Below, one piece after another: positions 35,940 to 38,251 of a stretch of 38,251 nucleotides of DNA. Both the position numbers and the translations under genes were made by a program. The number at the start of each line of letters is the position of its first letter. Position 1 is the stretch's first letter. The notes under the pieces were generated by a model. It saw only the letters and a list, made by a program, of their open reading frames with translations, made no database searches and was not told the origin of the DNA. This DNA comes from Candidatus Amesbacteria bacterium RIFOXYB1_FULL_44_23. Its GTDB lineage: Bacteria > Patescibacteriota > Microgenomatia > CAZETR01 > Amesbacteraceae. The stretch is from assembly GCA_001773775.1 (NCBI GenBank), contig MEXR01000048.1, positions 1 to 38,251 of the forward strand, given 5' to 3'.

Positions 35940-36428
35940 CTAAATAATATCAACCACAATTGGATCAACCAGCTTTCTGTAATCTTCGGATTTCATTGCT
36001 ATGGAAAATCTTCTATCTCCGGCATTAAAAATAATTTTTTCATTCTCAAACACAGACTTGTCTGCGAACACTTTTAGTCCGGTTAAATTGCCAAAAGGCG
36101 GTACTCCTCCCGGTTCTACCCCGTTTGTAAGTTGTGCTACTTCTTCAACTGTCGCAAACCTGATATCCTTTGCATTTAATATATTTTTAGCTTTAGCGTT
36201 ATCAAACCTTTTATCTCCTGGTATAACGATCATTACAAAGTATTTTCTACCATCATCTTCTTTAACTCTGACTATCATGGCTTTGGTCCCTTGTTTTAGT
36301 GTATATCCGGTTCTTATTTTTGCCGCCTCTTCACTGGTTCTAACAGCTTCATGCTCAAAAGTTTCAAACCACATTCCGGATTTTTTCAATAGATCCTTTA
36401 TGGTTGTAACTAGTGGATGATATTCCAT
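35940..36428 (-). CDS. YbaK/ProXp-family aminoacyl-tRNA deacylase
   Basis: H..VRTSEEAA, TKAMIV, GGVPPFG, FNAG; probable start MEYHP. Confidence 0.88.
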   Translation of the reverse strand: MEYHPLVTTIKDLLKKSGMWFETFEHEAVRTSEEAAKIRTGYTLKQGTKAMIVRVKEDDGRKYFVMIVIPGDKRFDNAKAKNILNAKDIRFATVEEVAQLTNGVEPGGVPPFGNLTGLKVFADKSVFENEKIIFNAGDRRFSIAMKSEDYRKLVDPIVVDII

Positions 36429-36624
36429 AAACTGTTTACGAAGTCTATTATAAATTGGACGTAGATGTTGTGTATATTCAAAATAGTAAGCTGGGTCAAA
36501 TATCCAAACCACTCCTTTCAGGCACAATTGTTCGGTTATCGTTTTTCTGTCAGGGATATAACTCCAATGATGTCACAATCAGTCGCACTTCAGTAAGAAT
36601 TTGACTCAAGATTATAATTGATTC

Positions 36625-37596
36625 ATGCCTTATACCTCTAAAGCACTGCCCTGGTTATTGGAAGAAGATGGTAGCGGGGTACGGTATTTGGCTTTAAAAG
36701 AACTGGTTGGCTTACCCAGGGATAATACTGAATTACTTCAGGCCAGACAAGTAGCCTACACCAAAGGACAGATTTCAAGAATCCTTAAGCATGTTGAACC
36801 TGAGGGCTTTTGGAATAAGCCCGGTGGAGGTTATTCACCCAAATATTTCTCGACTGTCTGGTCATTGATCTTGCTTTCGCAATTGGGGGCATCGGTCAAC
36901 GATGACAAACGCATTGCCCAGTCATGTCGGTATTATCTGGATCATGCTTACTCCAAAGATGGTTCAATTTCATACAACGGCACTCCGTCGGGCACCATTG
37001 ATTGTCTTCAGGGTAATATGTGTGCTGCACTAACTGATTTGGGATATCAGGATCAGCGGCTTACTGACACTTTTGAATGGATGGCCAGAAGTGTTACCGG
37101 AGGGGTGAAATATTATGCATACAAGTGTGGACCGAATTTTGCCTGCGGGGCCAACGGAAAAAAGCCATGCGCTTGGGGCGCCGCAAAAGTCCTATTGGCA
37201 CTGGGAAAAATTCCGAAGTCCAAAAGAAGTCAAACTGTCAATCGGGCAATTAAAGCCGGCGTGGATTTTTTGTTTTCCGTTGACCCGGTAACAGCAAAAT
37301 ATCCCACAACCAACGACGAGAAGCCCAATAGCAGTTGGTGGAAACTCGGGTTTCCCACCTTTTATTGTACCGACCTGCTCCAGCTGGCTGAAGCATTAAC
37401 GTCAGTCGGTTGCGGCCATGATCCCCGTTTAAAAAACGTTTTGGATTTTATTATGAGTAAACAGGATGACAGTGAGCGGTGGAAATTAGAACATGAATAT
37501 ACTAAAAAAACCTGGGGGGAGTTTGGTAAGAAAGGTGAACCCAGTAAGTGGGTGACTTATCGAGTCTTAAAATTACTGAAGATGCTCGAACAATAA
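36625..37596 (+). CDS. prenyltransferase/squalene-cyclase-like alpha-barrel protein
   Basis: WLLE, G.W...G..YSPKY.STVW.L, Q....RW, SKWVT. Confidence 0.65.
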   Translation: MPYTSKALPWLLEEDGSGVRYLALKELVGLPRDNTELLQARQVAYTKGQISRILKHVEPEGFWNKPGGGYSPKYFSTVWSLILLSQLGASVNDDKRIAQSCRYYLDHAYSKDGSISYNGTPSGTIDCLQGNMCAALTDLGYQDQRLTDTFEWMARSVTGGVKYYAYKCGPNFACGANGKKPCAWGAAKVLLALGKIPKSKRSQTVNRAIKAGVDFLFSVDPVTAKYPTTNDEKPNSSWWKLGFPTFYCTDLLQLAEALTSVGCGHDPRLKNVLDFIMSKQDDSERWKLEHEYTKKTWGEFGKKGEPSKWVTYRVLKLLKMLEQ

Positions 37597-37796
37597 TTCA
37601 CTGAAAATTAATTGTTTCACGCCTTCGGTTTTCCTGGTTCGCCGACCATAAGCCGGGTTGGTCTTCTGGAAATCAGATTATTGTCGATAATGCAGTTTCA
37701 CCGGGTGATTCATGCATCGCCTTATTTCTAAAAAAAGCCAACTTTACATTGGCGCAATTGTTGACTCAGTGGTCTAATTGCTAAATACTATATTCA

Positions 37797-38251
37797 GTGG
37801 ATTTAAATTCTGCCATTGAGTACATTAAATCCCAGCTTCAGGCAGGCAAAACTGCCGCTCAAATCACCTCGGACCTGGAAGCAGCTGGTTGGTCGCATGA
37901 ATCAGTTGTTCAGGCCTTAAGTCAGGCCCAATCGCCAGTAAGTGAGGCCAAGCCGCCAGTGGGTGATTACTTTTCTCGTGTACTCACCGGTCAAAAAAAG
38001 TTTCATGTCTTTTTGGCGGGTATCGTTTTAGGCCTGCTTATCACCATCAAGCCTTCTTTCTACTTAATCAAATACGGCTTGCCCTATATTAATAACTTAG
38101 AAAGCCAGGTTGTGTCGATTGTTGATGAAGTATTTCCCCAAGACTTGGAAATTACCATAAAAGATGGCATTGCTTCTACCAACGTAAAAGAACCGTACCA
38201 TATCGATGTCAACCGGGCTGCTATCGAAAGAATTTTTAATTTCCAAGACAG
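37797..38251 (+). CDS. membrane-anchored hypothetical protein, partial (runs off window)
   Basis: Open frame MDLNSAIEYIKSQLQAGKTAAQITSDLEAAGW... with one TM segment. Confidence 0.7.
   Translation, partial: MDLNSAIEYIKSQLQAGKTAAQITSDLEAAGWSHESVVQALSQAQSPVSEAKPPVGDYFSRVLTGQKKFHVFLAGIVLGLLITIKPSFYLIKYGLPYINNLESQVVSIVDEVFPQDLEITIKDGIASTNVKEPYHIDVNRAAIERIFNFQD

Noticed and set aside
17335-36420. Many short overlapping or antisense ORFs in the six-frame track
   Set aside because: Shadows of well-supported genes, with no independent motifs
36571-36593. Fourth secA-end copy (TGTCACAATC...GCACTTCAG)
   Set aside because: Partial match with arms in the wrong order; at most a degraded site
36625-37596. 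NifH label sometimes attached to similar proteins
   Set aside because: No P-loop or nitrogenase Fe-protein motifs

Overview
Bacterial chromosome segment, genetic code 11. Compact gene content, near-absent Shine-Dalgarno leaders and a tRNA-abutting serine recombinase suggest a Patescibacteria/CPR genome (inference). A housekeeping core (16.4-33.8 kb: tRNA-Glu, greA, lysS, rdgB-type NTPase, serS, two ABC exporters, secA) is flanked by two accessory hotspots built as tandem gene-cassette arrays. Left: a ~7.95 kb island with a large serine recombinase is integrated at the tRNA-Glu(CTC) 3' end. The recombinase gene appears split by integration, with its missing 47-codon tail at the far island end. 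Beyond it are six integrase-less 0.6-1.7 kb units, each starting with GTGA-N17-YRGARY and an orphan peptide-tail remnant. Right: three single-gene units follow secA, each closed by a recoded copy of the secA 3' end (CHYP[N/T]). Other candidates: a structured RNA next to the island excisionase, an atypical Ser T-box before serS, a Lys-codon attenuator, a LysRS-DUF2000 fusion and pervasive leaderless promoters. All calls are by eye; no database search was run.
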